DNA of 64,000 bases from Octopus vulgaris (GCA_951406725.2 OX597821.1:11718001-11782000); one strand, 5' to 3'; positions 1 through 13,390 are shown, counted from the first letter of the stretch. Program-made: numbers and translations. Notes: generated by a model not told the origin, from the letters alone.

Positions 1-16
1 ACTTAATATTTACACG

Positions 17-411
17 GGCGGAGGCGCAATGACCCAGTGGTTAGGGCAGCGGACTCGCGGTCATAGGATCGCGGTTTCGATTCCCAGACCGGGCGTTGTA
101 AGTGTTTATTGAGCGAAAACACCTAAAAGTTCCACGAGGCTCCGGCAGGGGATGGTGGTGATCCCTGCTGTACTCTTTCACCACAACTTTCTCTCACTCT
201 TACTTCCTGTTTCTGTTGTACTTGTATTTCAAAGGGCCGGCCTTGTCACTCTCTGTGTCACGCTGAATATCCCCGAGAACTACGTTAAGGGTACACGTGT
301 CTGTGGAGTGCTCAGCCACTTACACGTTAATTTCACGAGCAGGCTGTTCCGTTGATTCGGATCAACCGGAACCCTCGTCTTCGTAACCGACGGAGTGCTT
401 TCATCCATCCA
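17..411 (+). mobile_element. tRNA-derived SINE, family A (full length, with 13-bp TSD)
   Basis: tRNA-like head with A box (tgacccagtggttagg) and B box (gtttcgattcc); (ccat) tail; flanking direct repeat taatatttacacg at 4-16 and 412-424; near-identical copy on the minus strand at 47066-47448. Confidence 0.9.
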
Positions 412-555
412 TAATATTTACACGATTCTCAATTAATCATCGTAACCAAATATTCGGTTATCCTGATGAGTTGAGAGAAACGTAACATTAACTAATGTTA
501 TGTATATTGTGTATACTGCATACCTGATTGTACTATATTTACGACAAAATAATGT

Positions 556-853
556 CTTTACTCTTCTTTCACTCTTCTACATATTTCAGTAATTTCACTG
601 TGGCCATGCTGGAGCACCGCCTTTAGTCGAGCAAATGAACTCCAGGACTTATTCTTTGTAAGCCTAGTACTTATTCTATTGGACTATTTTGTCGAACCGC
701 TAAGTTACAGGGACGTAAACACATCAGCATCGGTTGTCCAGTGATGTTGGGTGGACAGTCACAGACACACAAGCATACATACATACATACATACATACAT
801 ACATACATACATACATACATACATACATACATACATACATACATACATACACA

Positions 854-924
<71 letters not shown>

Positions 925-1056
925 GACGGGCTTCTTTCAGTTTTCGTCTACGAAATCCACTCACAAGGCTTTGTTTGGCCGGAGGCTATAGTAAAGGACA
1001 CTTGCCCAAGGTGCCACGCAGTGGGACTGAACCCGGAGCCATGTGGTTCGGAAGCA
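556..1056 (-). mobile_element. tRNA-derived SINE, family B (central microsatellite type)
   Basis: Matches the other family B copies: head with ccttgggcaagtgt motif, central (TA)/(TATG) tract, tail gctccagcatggcc..gtaaaaga; ends approximate. Confidence 0.85.
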
Positions 1057-1307
1057 TACGTAATCCATCTGTCTATTATATTATGAAATTGGATATAGAC
1101 GTAAAAATACACGTGCATTCTCGCGCAGGCTCGAGCACACGGAGATGATAGTGTGTAACAGAAGGTATTTCATGAGAAAAGTTAATCTGGACCCCGCAGT
1201 TAGTTTCAAAATCAAGCCAAGGTTGTACTTATTCTATAATGTGTGTATATACATATATCCATACACACACACACATATATATATACACACACAAACACAT
1301 ACGTACA

Positions 1308-1810
<503 letters not shown>

Positions 1811-1845
1811 ATATATACACACACACGCACACACATATTTGTATA

Positions 1846-2708
1846 CTGGGTCATCCCTTAAATAATGCAGTTTTTAACATTCATTTTTTCAAAATTAAGA
1901 TAAACAAGCTTCTTTTTTAATCTACAATATAAAATATACTCTCCTTCATTTTCTAGAATTCACTTCAACCTATCTGGTAGATTGCAAGGCTCTTCTTCCA
2001 AAATTCACTTGTGCGTGATGAAAAATAATCTTCTAGTGCTGTTCTGACCTCGTCTACAGAATTCATATTTTTTACATCGAAAGGATTTTGAAAACTGCGG
2101 AATAAATGATACTCAGAACAATGTCCGGCGAATACGATGGGTGGGGCATCGTTTCCCATTCAAACTGCTCCAGCCTTTGGAATGTCATCCTCGCTGTATG
2201 TGGCCAAGCATTATCCTGATGGAAGAACACCTTTTATCTTGAAACCGAAGATGGTCGTTTTCCGATGGTATGCAAATGTCAATTTATGCTTACATGACCA
2301 AACTCCAAGCTTCTCTGCTAGTTCCTCAACAGTTACGATGGGATTTTGTTCCACCAGGGTTTGCAAGACGTCCTCGTCGAGCTCTACAAATCTTCCAGGA
2401 CGAGGCTTGTCTTCTAGACTGTAAGTTCCGTCTCGGAATTTCTGGAGCTAGTTTTGACACTGCTTTACGTTTATTACCCGATCTTCATATACTGCATAAA
2501 TATTCCTTACAATTTCCTTTGCGTTGTTACCTTTATTGAACGCATAAAGAGAATTATCACATACTTTCATTATAGCTTTGAAAAAATAACTGTTCAAATC
2601 GAACTGGCACTACCTGCTTTTATAGCAAGTTTATGCAGGTAGTTTATCCCACCCCACCTCCAACATTTACCTCATGCAATTGAAAACAACCACATTATTT
2701 ATGGGATG

Positions 2709-2714
<6 letters not shown>
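1846..2714 (-). mobile_element. Internally deleted mariner-like DNA transposon with TIRs
   Basis: TIRs ctgggtcatcccttaaataatg.. / ..cattatttatgggatgaccc flanked by TA; minus-strand remnants LEDKPRPGR..QNPIVTVEELAEKL (HTH region) and ..YHLFRSFQN (YSPDLAPSDYHLFRSL-like). Confidence 0.85.
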
Positions 2715-2758
<44 letters not shown>

Positions 2759-2759
2759 T

Positions 2760-2953
2760 ATATGCAAAATTATAAAGGATATCCAGAGGTAATGCAGTAC
2801 GAGTTGCATGAAACGATCGTACAGCATTACCTCTAGATATCCTTGTTGCATATTTTGATTTTAATCACCTTACTTTGAAATTGTATGGATAATACCGATC
2901 TAAATTCTGGTGACTTAACTTAAGTACCAAGTTCATCTGAATTTAAATTTTTG

Positions 2954-2955
<2 letters not shown>
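2760..2955 (+). mobile_element. Short fold-back Penelope-like remnant with the 3' half of a hammerhead motif
   Basis: Inverted repeat aaggatatccagaggtaatgc (2775) / gcattacctctagatatcctt (ends 2844) around GAAAC-gatc-GTA (2810-2821); (TA)n tracts on both sides. Confidence 0.6.
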
Positions 2956-3001
<46 letters not shown>

Positions 3002-4001
3002 CACTTGCTCGAGCCAGTTTATTTGGGTGCAATTTATTAGTAGTAAATCGACTTACAATATTGGAAACAGACATACTGTACTATTTCAAGGAAATATCGA
3101 TACCTTATAAGGTTTGTACTCCACTTGATTTAGGGAATAATTAATTCTTTCTGAGATCAATTAATATCCAAGAGCATAAGCATGTACGCCGTTAACTCAT
3201 AAAAATTTTTGTTGGCACAAACACACACACACACACACACACATACACACACACACACATTATATATATATATATATATGTATGCATGTATGTATGTATG
3301 TATGCATGCATGTATGTATGTATGTATGTATGTATGTATGTATGTATGTATGTATGTATGTATGTATGTATATGTGTATGTAAATAGATAGATAGACAGA
3401 TAGATAGAAAGATAGATAGATATATACACTGAAATATGCAGAGGGAAGCAAACACGTACAGAAAATAGCAAAATAAACATACTCATATGTGTGTATATGT
3501 ATGCATAAAATATGCGCGCGCGTATTTGCATGGGTATGGGGTGTGGGTGCAGGCGTCGTTATAGTCAATACGCAGTAAGAAACATGTATAAACGAAATAG
3601 TGAATTCCACCTGTCTCTCCCACGATTAATTACTTTCCTATAATATTTCCTGTCTTAAATAAATGAATATAAAATATTTCTCATCATGCTTCAGCCTTTC
3701 TCTCTGCTTTTCTCCTCTCTCTCTCTCTCTTCCCTCTTTCTCCCATATACGTGCGCATGGCCACGAACATACACGTATATACACATAGAAACGTACATAC
3801 ACAAACTCAGCCTCGCGCATTACAAGTTTGCTTGAATATGGGTATTGCATAAGCGGGTACACAATAATGAACGCTATCTAGTGTACCTAGGTAATTAGCT
3901 TAGACGTTTATTTCTCGCTTATAAGAAGAAATCAATTTCTAACAAAAAAAGATCTCACACACAAACAGTCAGACACACATCTATATATGTATATATGCAT
4001 A

Positions 4002-4123
<122 letters not shown>

Positions 4124-4224
4124 TATGCATATAGGCGCAAAACCATATTCTTTGGAAGCACACTTCTTACCACCCAGCAACGCCTTATCAAACTTGCATG
4201 AAATTGATTTGAAGAAAATACCAA

Positions 4225-4608
4225 GCAGGAGTGGCTGTGTGGTAAGTAGCTTGTTTACCAACCACATGGTACCGGGTTCAGTCCCACTGCGTAGCACCTT
4301 GGGCAAGTGTCTTCTACTATAGCCTCGGGCCGACCAAAGCCTTGTGAGTGGATTTGGTAGACGGAAACTGAAAGAAGCCCGTCGTATATATGTATATATA
4401 TATATTGTGTGTGTGTTTGTGTGTCTGTGTTTGTCCCTGGTGTGTTTATGTCCCCGTTACTTAGCGGTTCGGCAAAACGAGACCGACAGAATAAGTACTG
4501 GGCTTACAAAAGAATAAGTCCCGGGGTCGAGTTGCTCGATTAAAGGCTCCAGCCATGCTCCAGCATGGCCGCAGTCAAATGAATGAAACAAGTAAAAGAG
4601 TAAAAGAG
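4225..4608 (+). mobile_element. SINE family B (near-consensus)
   Basis: Complete head, central (TA)(TG) tract, tail with gtaaaaga repeats. Confidence 0.9.
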
Positions 4609-4618
4609 TATACATATA

Positions 4619-4678
<60 letters not shown>

Positions 4679-5468
4679 TGAATATTTACATATACATACA
4701 TATGTGTACATGTATATGTGTGTGATTGTGTATAACATATATATGTACGAATATCTTTATTTTTAAATGTCTGTATGATTGTGTTTCTGTGTATTTTTGA
4801 ACGTAGTGTATTTAAACTGAAAATGAAAGATTATTCAGAAACTTCATAAAATGCTTAATAAAATTTTTACCAGAATATATTCCGACTTAACTCGTATGAT
4901 ATTCATCACTGAACTGACCAATCTCTTCGAAATACTTTGTCTAGCTACCCAAAGCGATTCTGACCGATATCTGGCTTAAAAACATAAAAATCCTGGAGAA
5001 GTTTTTCCGTTGCAAAATATAAAAGCTAACGCTATTTACCTCTGAGCATGTATTATCATTGTGTATACACAGCAGTATTCTAGTCCAAGGCATTCCGAGT
5101 GCCTATATTAAATTGAATATATAAATTTATTAATACATTAAGACAGTGAAATGCTAGAATCGTTATCACGTTAGACGACATTTTTATTAGTATTTCTTCA
5201 GGCTCTCTACGCTTTAAATTATAATTCCGCTAGAGTCAACTTACTTTTCATCTTTTCTAGTTTGTTAAAATAAAGTATCGGTCAGGTACCGATATAGTTA
5301 TAAACGATTAACTATCTCCCATTAACACGTTGCTTGCCTTGTGTTAAAATTTCTAACAATTTATTAATACATTAATATACAATATCATATATCTGTTCCT
5401 CTGGCTGTCTTGGGTTCGCTACAATTGAGAAACTATTTTCTTCAAAGCAATTTCATGCAAGTTTGATA

Positions 5469-5632
5469 AGGCGTTGCTGGGTGGTAAGAGGTGTGCTTCC
5501 AAAGAATATGGTTTTGGGTATTGTTCCACTGCGTAGCACTTTGGAAAATTGTATTCTACTACTGCCTTTGGTCTGACCAAAGCTTTGCGAGTGCATTTGA
5601 TTGAAAGAAAGTAAGATAGGGCCATCGTATAT
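5469..5632 (+). mobile_element. SINE family B 5' half (diverged)
   Basis: ggcgttgctgggtggtaag..ccactgcgtagcactttggaaa..gaccaaagc homologous to the family B head. Confidence 0.7.
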
Positions 5633-5634
5633 AT

Positions 5635-5770
5635 AAACAATTGCAGCGTGGAAGGTGTTTATAAGCCATTTACAAACACAAAAACCGTTAGACATCTTCC
5701 ACGTTGCAATTGTTTTCGTTCAAGCCCCCGATCTCAGATCTGGTCAATTGGTATAGAAGTACATCTCCGT
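5635..5770. repeat. 24-bp inverted repeat (fold-back) element between (TA)n tracts
   Basis: aaacaattgcagcgtggaaggtgt (5635-5658) versus acatcttccacgttgcaattgttt (5692-5715), 2 mismatches. Confidence 0.7.
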
Positions 5771-5976
5771 AATATATATATATGACTGCCAACAGTTCTA
5801 TAGAGGACGATATTACTGTTGTTTTTTTTAACGCCAGGAAGACATCTCCTCCAGCTGGCCAACGACACAGTCTGTGATCGGTTAGTACTTGCGAAGGAAG
5901 TCATCGCTCCCACCTCTAGCTGTACGTGATACACATATACTCGTGTTTCTGTATAGTTATCTGTCTTCAGTATGTG

Positions 5977-6031
<55 letters not shown>

Positions 6032-6034
<3 letters not shown>

Positions 6035-6680
6035 GAGAAATGGATCTAATACAACAACTGTAAACGTTCAGCACAATGGTGGGACAAAGACGAGCCACTA
6101 AAACACAGTCCAAAACGCAAAATCCATCCAAAGAAGCTGATGGTGTGTGTTTGATGGTCTCACGCAGACGTGATCCATTATGATTTCATTAAACCTGGCT
6201 CATCAATCACAGCCGAAGTATACTGCAGCTAACTGAACTAAATTGATGCAGAAAATTACCAAACAACACCCTAGATTAGTTAACAGATCCACTCCTAATT
6301 TATTGCAAGACAACGCCAGACCACACATCGCAAAAACAACATTGGCGAAACTACAGGATTTGGTGTTGGAATTTATCCTTCATCCACCATACTCACCTGG
6401 TCTTGCCCCCACTGACCTTCACTTCTTCCAGAATTTGATAACTTTTTGATAGGAAAGACTTTTAATTCCTCCGATGTTGTAAAACAGGCCTTCCAAGATC
6501 TTATTGACTCTGGATTGCCAGGCTTTTATAGTTCCGGGTCGGACAAGCTACCGCTGAAATGGCAAAACTATATTGAGAATATGGGTGCATACTTTGATGA
6601 ATAAAACTATTCTTTGCATTTATAAAACATTGGCAAGATTGTTTTCTTTTCTACAAATTTCATACTTGACGACCTAATAT
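6032..6680 (+). pseudogene. 5'-truncated mariner transposase pseudogene and putative right TIR
   Basis: (D)EKWI..KKLMVCV*W..LLQDNARPH..HPPYSPGLAPTDLHFF motifs with stops and frameshifts; ends gacgacctaata+TA. Confidence 0.9.
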
Positions 6681-6841
6681 ATACGACGGGCTTCTTTCAG
6701 TTTCCATCTACCAAATCTACACATGAGGCTTTGGTCGGCCCGAGACTATAGTAGAAGACACTTCCCCGAGTTTCCACGCTGTGGTACTTGAACCTGGAAA
6801 CGTGATGCTGGGAAGCAAGCCTCTTACCTCACAGCCACGCC

Positions 6842-6843
<2 letters not shown>
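6681..6843 (-). mobile_element. SINE family B 5' half
   Basis: acgacgggcttctttcagtttcc..cacagccacgcct matches the reverse complement of the family B head. Confidence 0.8.
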
Positions 6844-6893
<50 letters not shown>

Positions 6894-6929
6894 TGAATAC
6901 GCACGCGCGTAAGTGTAACTGTATTTGAA

Positions 6930-7142
6930 TTTGTGCTTCTGTCTTCCTCCTGCCATCGTTTGAAAACTTCTTTATATTTACGAGCTCATAATATGGCGGT
7001 TCTGCAAAAAGGCCAATCGAACAAGAATTGAGCTGTATGACATAAGCACTTAGGTCGAGCTTTGCGACTAAATCTCTTCAGAGAAGCAGCCCAGCATGGG
7101 CGTACATCAATGACTGAAGTAGAAGATACGAGGAAGAAAAGA
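6930..7142 (+). mobile_element. Old SINE family B 3' half
   Basis: gcggttctgcaaaa..ggtcga..cccagcatgg..aatgactgaa resembles the family B tail; strongly diverged. Confidence 0.55.
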
Positions 7143-8521
7143 CGAGTGTTAAAGTCTATATTTATGAACTGATCGGCTATCAAGGAGAAGGTAGTTCAAT
7201 TGATCGATCACCGGGAATAATCATCACCGAAGCTCACGATGAAACTTTTATGTGGAAATAGATGTTACGAAAATGAGTGTTCATCAAGGAATCATTGTCT
7301 TTGTCACTAACAATGCCTAATCAACACTCTATTAGAATCTTCAAGGCCGTTAAAGATTATAGGCCTCAACAATGCTGAGTGTCTCTATTAACGAACGGTC
7401 ATCAGAAGCATAGCAAGGTCTGTATCACATATATATCGAATGTGCTAACAATTCTGAAAGCCTATCGCAGTTCAAATGCAGTTATATATTAAAAAAAATC
7501 ATACACATACATTCTTGATTTAATGCAGTTATCGCTGCCTCTTACGTCAGGATGTGTGACAATTACGAAAGCGCAACTGCGACCAGCTCCGTATTAAACA
7601 GGAACGGGAAGATAATATCAAACATCAAGAATTCTCCAAATTGCAAATTGACATTAAGGAAGAAAACAGGCTTATTCTATCTCTCTCTCTCCCTCTTTCT
7701 CTTTTCCTCGCCCTATATCTATATATCTGCGTGTGTCTTTAGGTGTGCATGAGTGCGTGTAGGTGTTTGGGTGGGTGTGCGTGCGTGTCTGTATATGTAA
7801 GTGTATGTGTATGACACGAGTTTCTCGCCAGTGCAACCATCAGGGGAATCTCAGAGTAAAAAGAAACTTACTCGACCAGAATGAAATATCAGCCTCTAGT
7901 ATGGTATAGAGTACTCTTTTTACCAATAGTCAAGATAGACTTATGTATAATCATTATATATATGTGTGTGTTTGTGTGTGTGTGTGTGTGCGTTTGTATA
8001 CAGAGACACGTTTTTTATATGTGTCTACATATGCATGCACAAATGATGAGTCAGTCATGGCCTTGATCACCAATATTTGTCTCTCTACATCCAGATTTCC
8101 TCTGTATGCGTATTAAGAAGTGTATTAATGTAATAACCTGCAATACAGGTTATTACATTAATAACTAATTATTGCCTGCATTACACACCCTTTTGTATTC
8201 TCTTACTGTTTTACCCTACAAACACCACCATCGCCATATTGCACCTACGCCATGGAAACCAATAAATGATATCATCATTGCCAGCACCGGTATCCATAAC
8301 TGCATCGTCCCTGCACTATCGCCATCAACACCATCATCGTCAGCATCATCACCATCAACAGTCATGTGGAATTTGTTAAGCGACCAAAAAAAAAAAGGAA
8401 AAGAAAATCCTGATGGGGAGTCTTAGTCGTCTACGCTAGAAATAGCAGCCAAATCACTTTTGTGTAATAATGTACTGCTTGAAATAAGGAAAGAACACGT
8501 TAAATAATGTAGTCCCTGAAA

Positions 8522-8810
8522 AGGACTGTGTCTTAAGGGCTCACGATCGTAAGGTTATGAGTTCAATCCCGACATCATATTGTGTCCTTGAGCAAGACAT
8601 TTTATTTCCCGTTGCTTCAGTCTACTCATCTGGAAAAAGGGAAATGTACCTGTAATTCAAATGGTCTGCCTTGTCACATTCAGTGGGTCACCGTGAGTAT
8701 CCTTGAAAACTACGTTAACTGTTCGCGTGCCTGTGGAGTGCTCAGCCACTTGCATGAGCATGCTATTCCGTTGAACGAATCAACCGGAACAGTCATCGCC
8801 GTAACCGAGG
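8522..8810 (+). mobile_element. Diverged tRNA-SINE: family D head joined to family A tail
   Basis: B box gagttcaatccc, central gtgtccttgagcaagac; 3' part (tgtacctgta..ccttgtcac..ctacgttaa..ggagtgctcagccactt..aaccgg) aligns to 217-395. Confidence 0.7.
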
Positions 8811-8906
8811 GAAAACCAGGCCCTTTTATCTGCGAAAATTGGAAGGTTCTGAATGGAAAGCTTTTCATAATAGTATCAAAGGTGTCCTGAAGTTAATTAT
8901 AATACC

Positions 8907-9126
8907 TATTTCTTTACTACCCACAAGAGGCTAAACACAGAGGGGACAAACAAGGACATACAGACGGATCAAGTCGATTATATCGACCCCAGTTCGTAGC
9001 TGGTACTTAATTTATCGACCCCGAAAGGATGAAAGGCAACGTAGACCTCGGCGGAAATTGAACTCAGAACGTAACGGCAGACGAAAGACTGCTCGGCATT
9101 TCGCCTGACGTGCTAACGATTCTACC
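8907..9126 (-). mobile_element. SINE family C with 16-bp TSD
   Basis: Minus strand carries gcctttcatcctttcggggtcgataaattaagtaccag; direct repeat agttaattataatacc at 8891-8906 and 9127-9142. Confidence 0.88.
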
Positions 9127-9296
9127 AGTTAATTATAATACCAATCCTTCAGACGTTCTCAGATTAATACTAATCTTACTACTACGACCACAACCTCCAT
9201 CACATCTACCAACATAACTACTATCATACTTGCACCATCATCATAACCGCCACTAACGCTATCATCCCACTGCTAACAACGTCGTGGTAGTAGTCA

Positions 9297-9621
9297 TAAT
9301 GATGATGATGATGATGATGATGATGATCATGATGATGAAGATGATGATGATGATGATGATGATCATCATCATCATCATCGCTATCACAATCAACACCACC
9401 ACCACCACCACCACAATCATCATCAGCATCCACCGACTCTCTTCATTATCTCTGTTCTTCCTTCGCTCGCCCAAACCCATTGTATCTCTCTGTATATGTC
9501 TGAATGTCAGCCTCCCTTTATTCATGTCGTTTTGTCTGCCTCTGTGTCTGCCTGACTGTGTCCGTCCGTCTATCAATCTGTCAGTCTACTTTCCTATCTA
9601 TCTTTCTATCTCTGTCGATTT

Positions 9622-9680
<59 letters not shown>

Positions 9681-9865
9681 CTATCTATCTGTCTGTCTGT
9701 TTGTCTCTCTCTCTCTCACTCTCTCTCTATCTGTCTGTCTGTCTATCTCTCTGTCTGTCTTCTATCTGTCTATCTATCTGTCAGTCTGTCTGTCTATCTA
9801 TCTATCTATCTGTCTATCTGTCTATCTGTCTGTCTGTCTGTCTTCTATCTGTCTATCTATCTGAC

Positions 9866-9920
<55 letters not shown>

Positions 9921-9950
9921 ATCTATCTATCCTGTCTACCTATCTGTCTG
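9297..9950. repeat. Compound microsatellites (GAT/CAT/CAC, then TCTA/TCTG)
   Basis: Direct reading. Confidence 0.95.
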
Positions 9951-10696
9951 CGTATCTTTCCTTTCTTTAATCGTCCTGTCGGCATTGGTGCCACGTTTGT
10001 CTATCAAATTTTATAGCCGTCCCCTTTTCTGGAATCTAAAGTGATGGATCCTTTCCTATTCCTTCCCTATTCCTCCCAGCGCGCCACATTTACCCAGTCC
10101 CCCAATCTCCATGTCTCTTTCTCATCCTCTAATTACTAATTACTCTCCTAAACTGTATACCATTCTCACTTTGTTTTAATCTCATCGTTCACATTCAATC
10201 CCCTGCTACTTTTTTTATCATTGACCTTTTCCATGACTTTCTCTATTTGTCATTCTCCCTGACTCTCACTGCCTTTCTTCCTCTCTGCTTTGTTCTTTGA
10301 TTCTCAACGTTTCTTCTTTCATCCATCAGTCATTCTGCCGCCTATCACCCTTCTCTCTCTATATATATGTCTGTCTCTCTAACTATCACTCATCGTTCTT
10401 ACTACATTCATCATTCCCTTTCCTTTCTCACTATTTCTCTCGTACGCCATTTTATTTTCTTTGTAACATCTTTGTCACAATGTCTGCCTCTGCGACCTTT
10501 CTCCCTCTTCTTTCATTCGACTCGCCTTAGCTCCTTTACCTCCTTCGTCTGTATTTATATATCTGCCCCACTCAGGATTGCTTTCCCCTTTGCCTGCAAC
10601 TCTCACACATTGTGATTTCCTTGGCTGTTTCTTGTATTTCTGACTACTGTATGTCTATTTTTCTATGTACTCAACGCTGTCTGTCTGTCTGCCAGC

Positions 10697-10731
<35 letters not shown>

Positions 10732-10887
10732 GCACTACTTTCTTACCTCTAATATCTGCCTCGTTTAATCTTTATAATTTTACGACACTTACCTCGTTCT
10801 ACTTTCCTTCACATATCTCGCTCATCCTCTCTCCTTTCTTGCCGATTTGTCTTTCATTCCGTCTGCACCATTCCTCCTTTCTCTCGT

Positions 10888-10923
<36 letters not shown>

Positions 10924-11048
10924 ATTCTGTTTTCCTACTTTCTATCTTCCCTCACCACCACACCGCTCTGTCAATGCTCACTTATATCATCCCCTCCTCC
11001 TTCTTAGTCGTCTTCTTTTTTACTACTACTACTGCTACTACTACCACC

Positions 11049-11091
<43 letters not shown>

Positions 11092-12002
11092 GAACAACAA
11101 CAATAATAATACTTCATTTATTTTTCTTCCCCTTCCCTTCTCTCTCTCCCTCTTTCATTCCCATTCAAACAACCAGACCAATTTGTTTCAATTGAAGAAG
11201 TCGTCAGTCAACAAAAGAGATCCATTCTCAATGGAAATTGGCTCAGAATTTATTGGACTTTAGTTTTCTTATTTCGATAACTTGGTAACTTACTTTTTGT
11301 TTGCTTCACATGTTTTATTTTATTCTTTTATACTTTTATGTTTTTTTTTCTCCTTGTAGTTCTTGAAATTTCTTAAAATTTCTAGTAGAAAGTTATATGA
11401 TGTAATGTCGTATGAAGCGAAAAAAAGACGTCTAAGATAGCCTCAGTTGAAGATTAGAGGGGGAGAGACAGAAATAGAAATGAAAGTGAAAGGGAAGAAA
11501 TAAAGCAGGAAAGAAGAGTTAGAGACGAAAAGTGAGAGAAAGATGTTAAAATTGAGCAAATGTGTGTGTGTATGTGCGCGCATGTGCGTATGTAATTAGA
11601 AGTTTGCTTCTCAACCATGGGATTCCTGGTTCAGTCCCACAGCATGTCACTTTGGGCAAGTGTCCTCAGCTATAACCCCAAGCTGGGCAATAGTAATAGT
11701 AATAATAGGAGAGGTAGTGGTGGTGAGGGACACATTGATGTTGATGACGATGACAATAAAACTAGAACAGTAACAAATTGCAAAACTGAGAAATTCTTGT
11801 TTCTTAACAATGCCATGTTTTTCCTTCAGAGAAATAAGATCAGCTTCTGAGAGTAAAGAAGAAGGTGAGATTTTACCTGATAACATCTGGAAATAAAAAA
11901 AAAACAAAACAAATTAGCATAGTAATAATTATTTTAAACATTTTACTGCAAGAGATAGAGAGAGGTCTATATATATGTGTGTATGGGTGCGTTTATATAT
12001 AT

Positions 12003-12291
12003 ACAACAGTATCGCCCGGCGTTGGTCGGGTTTGTAAGGGAAATAACTATATAAGCATTTTTAGAGAGTTACTTCCCTTATATAATAGCAAAAAATGCAT
12101 TAAAAATGGAAAAAAAAGATGTTAATTTTTTTTTTAAATCGTAGACTCATCGTAGACGCGCGCTAATACCCAGAATGGCTTGATATGAATCACGACTATG
12201 AGATACCCGCTTTTGGGTAAATTGCACCGTAAAATGTGGGAGTAGTTAGGAATCTAAATCGTAGGAGAAAGACACCACACAACTTCAGTTT

Positions 12292-12300
<9 letters not shown>
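12003..12300 (-). mobile_element. Non-autonomous Helitron-like element
   Basis: Minus strand starts tatataaaactgaagttg and ends with a GC-rich hairpin cccgaccaacgccggg followed by cgatactgttgt (degenerate CTAG terminus); no ORF, no TSD. Confidence 0.55.
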
Positions 12301-12376
<76 letters not shown>

Positions 12377-12379
12377 GCA

Positions 12380-12663
12380 AAGATACATTTCGGTCATGAT
12401 TGACCATGGGATTGCACCAAAAAAAGTTACCTTCCGCGGCACAAGTCCGGGCAAAGTTGTTAACAGAAGACCAGTAGTCGTCATGCAAAAGGCCAATCCG
12501 GCGCGGCACCAGTGACATCGCTACTCATTTTTGTGGTTGAGTGAAGTGGAGCAACGTGAAATATAGTGTATTGCTTTAGAGCACACCACACTGCCCGGTC
12601 CATGAATCGAACTCACTATCTCATGATTGTGAGCCCGATGCTCTAACCACTCGGCCATTTGCG
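12380..12663 (-). mobile_element. tRNA-derived SINE, family D
   Basis: Minus strand: tggccgagtggttagagc (A box), gagttcgattc (B box), tatttcacgttgctccac shared with the 8522 copy, but a different tail. Confidence 0.75.
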
Positions 12664-13224
12664 ATCAAACATACGTATACATATAGTTATCAAATTAAAT
12701 AATATGTAACGTGTATGTAAGGAGCGAAGTGGGGAGGGAAATAAATATGGGAATAGAAACATTGAAAGAAAAGTCAGGCTGGTAAATAACGAGATTGATG
12801 AAGAGAACGAGTAGATGAAAGAGGGTGAGAAGGATAATATGATGAAGAAAATGAGATGCAGACATATTGAATATAATGTATAGCTAAATAGAAAACAAAA
12901 TATACTGAATATATTGAAAGAATGAGAAACTGATAGAAGTTCACAAGGAGGGATAAAGCATGAAAGAAGCAGAGAAAATATCTATCTACTTCTAATAGAA
13001 GCATAAAATTTTTTTCAAAAAAATATTTATCAGCGGCCAGCATATTGAAATACCTTTTAAGGTGAAAATTATAAACAATTATAATTAAGTGCAAAAGAAA
13101 AAAAATATATTCTATGCCAGTATGCTTAAAAAATTGACATTATATCGTCTAACCACATACAATATTTTTCACTATAAATACATGCTGTGGTTAAACGATA
13201 TAAAGTCTATTTTTTCAGCATATT

Positions 13225-13390
13225 CTTTTACTCATTGACTCTTTTACTTATTTCAGTAAATTGATTGCCGCCATGCTGGAGCACCGCCTTTCGTCGGTTG
13301 TCAAACGATATTGGGGGGGGGGGGGGCAAACACAGACAAACAAACATATACACACACATACATACATACATAAATGCATGCATACATACA

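Noticed and set aside
20-97. tRNA-like sequence (also at about 47372-47448)
   Set aside because: It is the head of a SINE with body, tail and TSD, and the cloverleaf pairing is imperfect; not called as a tRNA gene
152-355. 67-aa ORF repeated at 47085-47366 and similar to 8582-8890
   Set aside because: Lies inside SINE copies; the recurrence reflects repeat homology, not a protein family
455-492. ctgatgagttgagagaaacgta hammerhead-like string
   Set aside because: Core words are present but neither stem II nor stem I pairs in register
11170-11215. Minus-strand CTGACGA..GAAAC..GTC
   Set aside because: No stem I or stem II complementarity; likely chance
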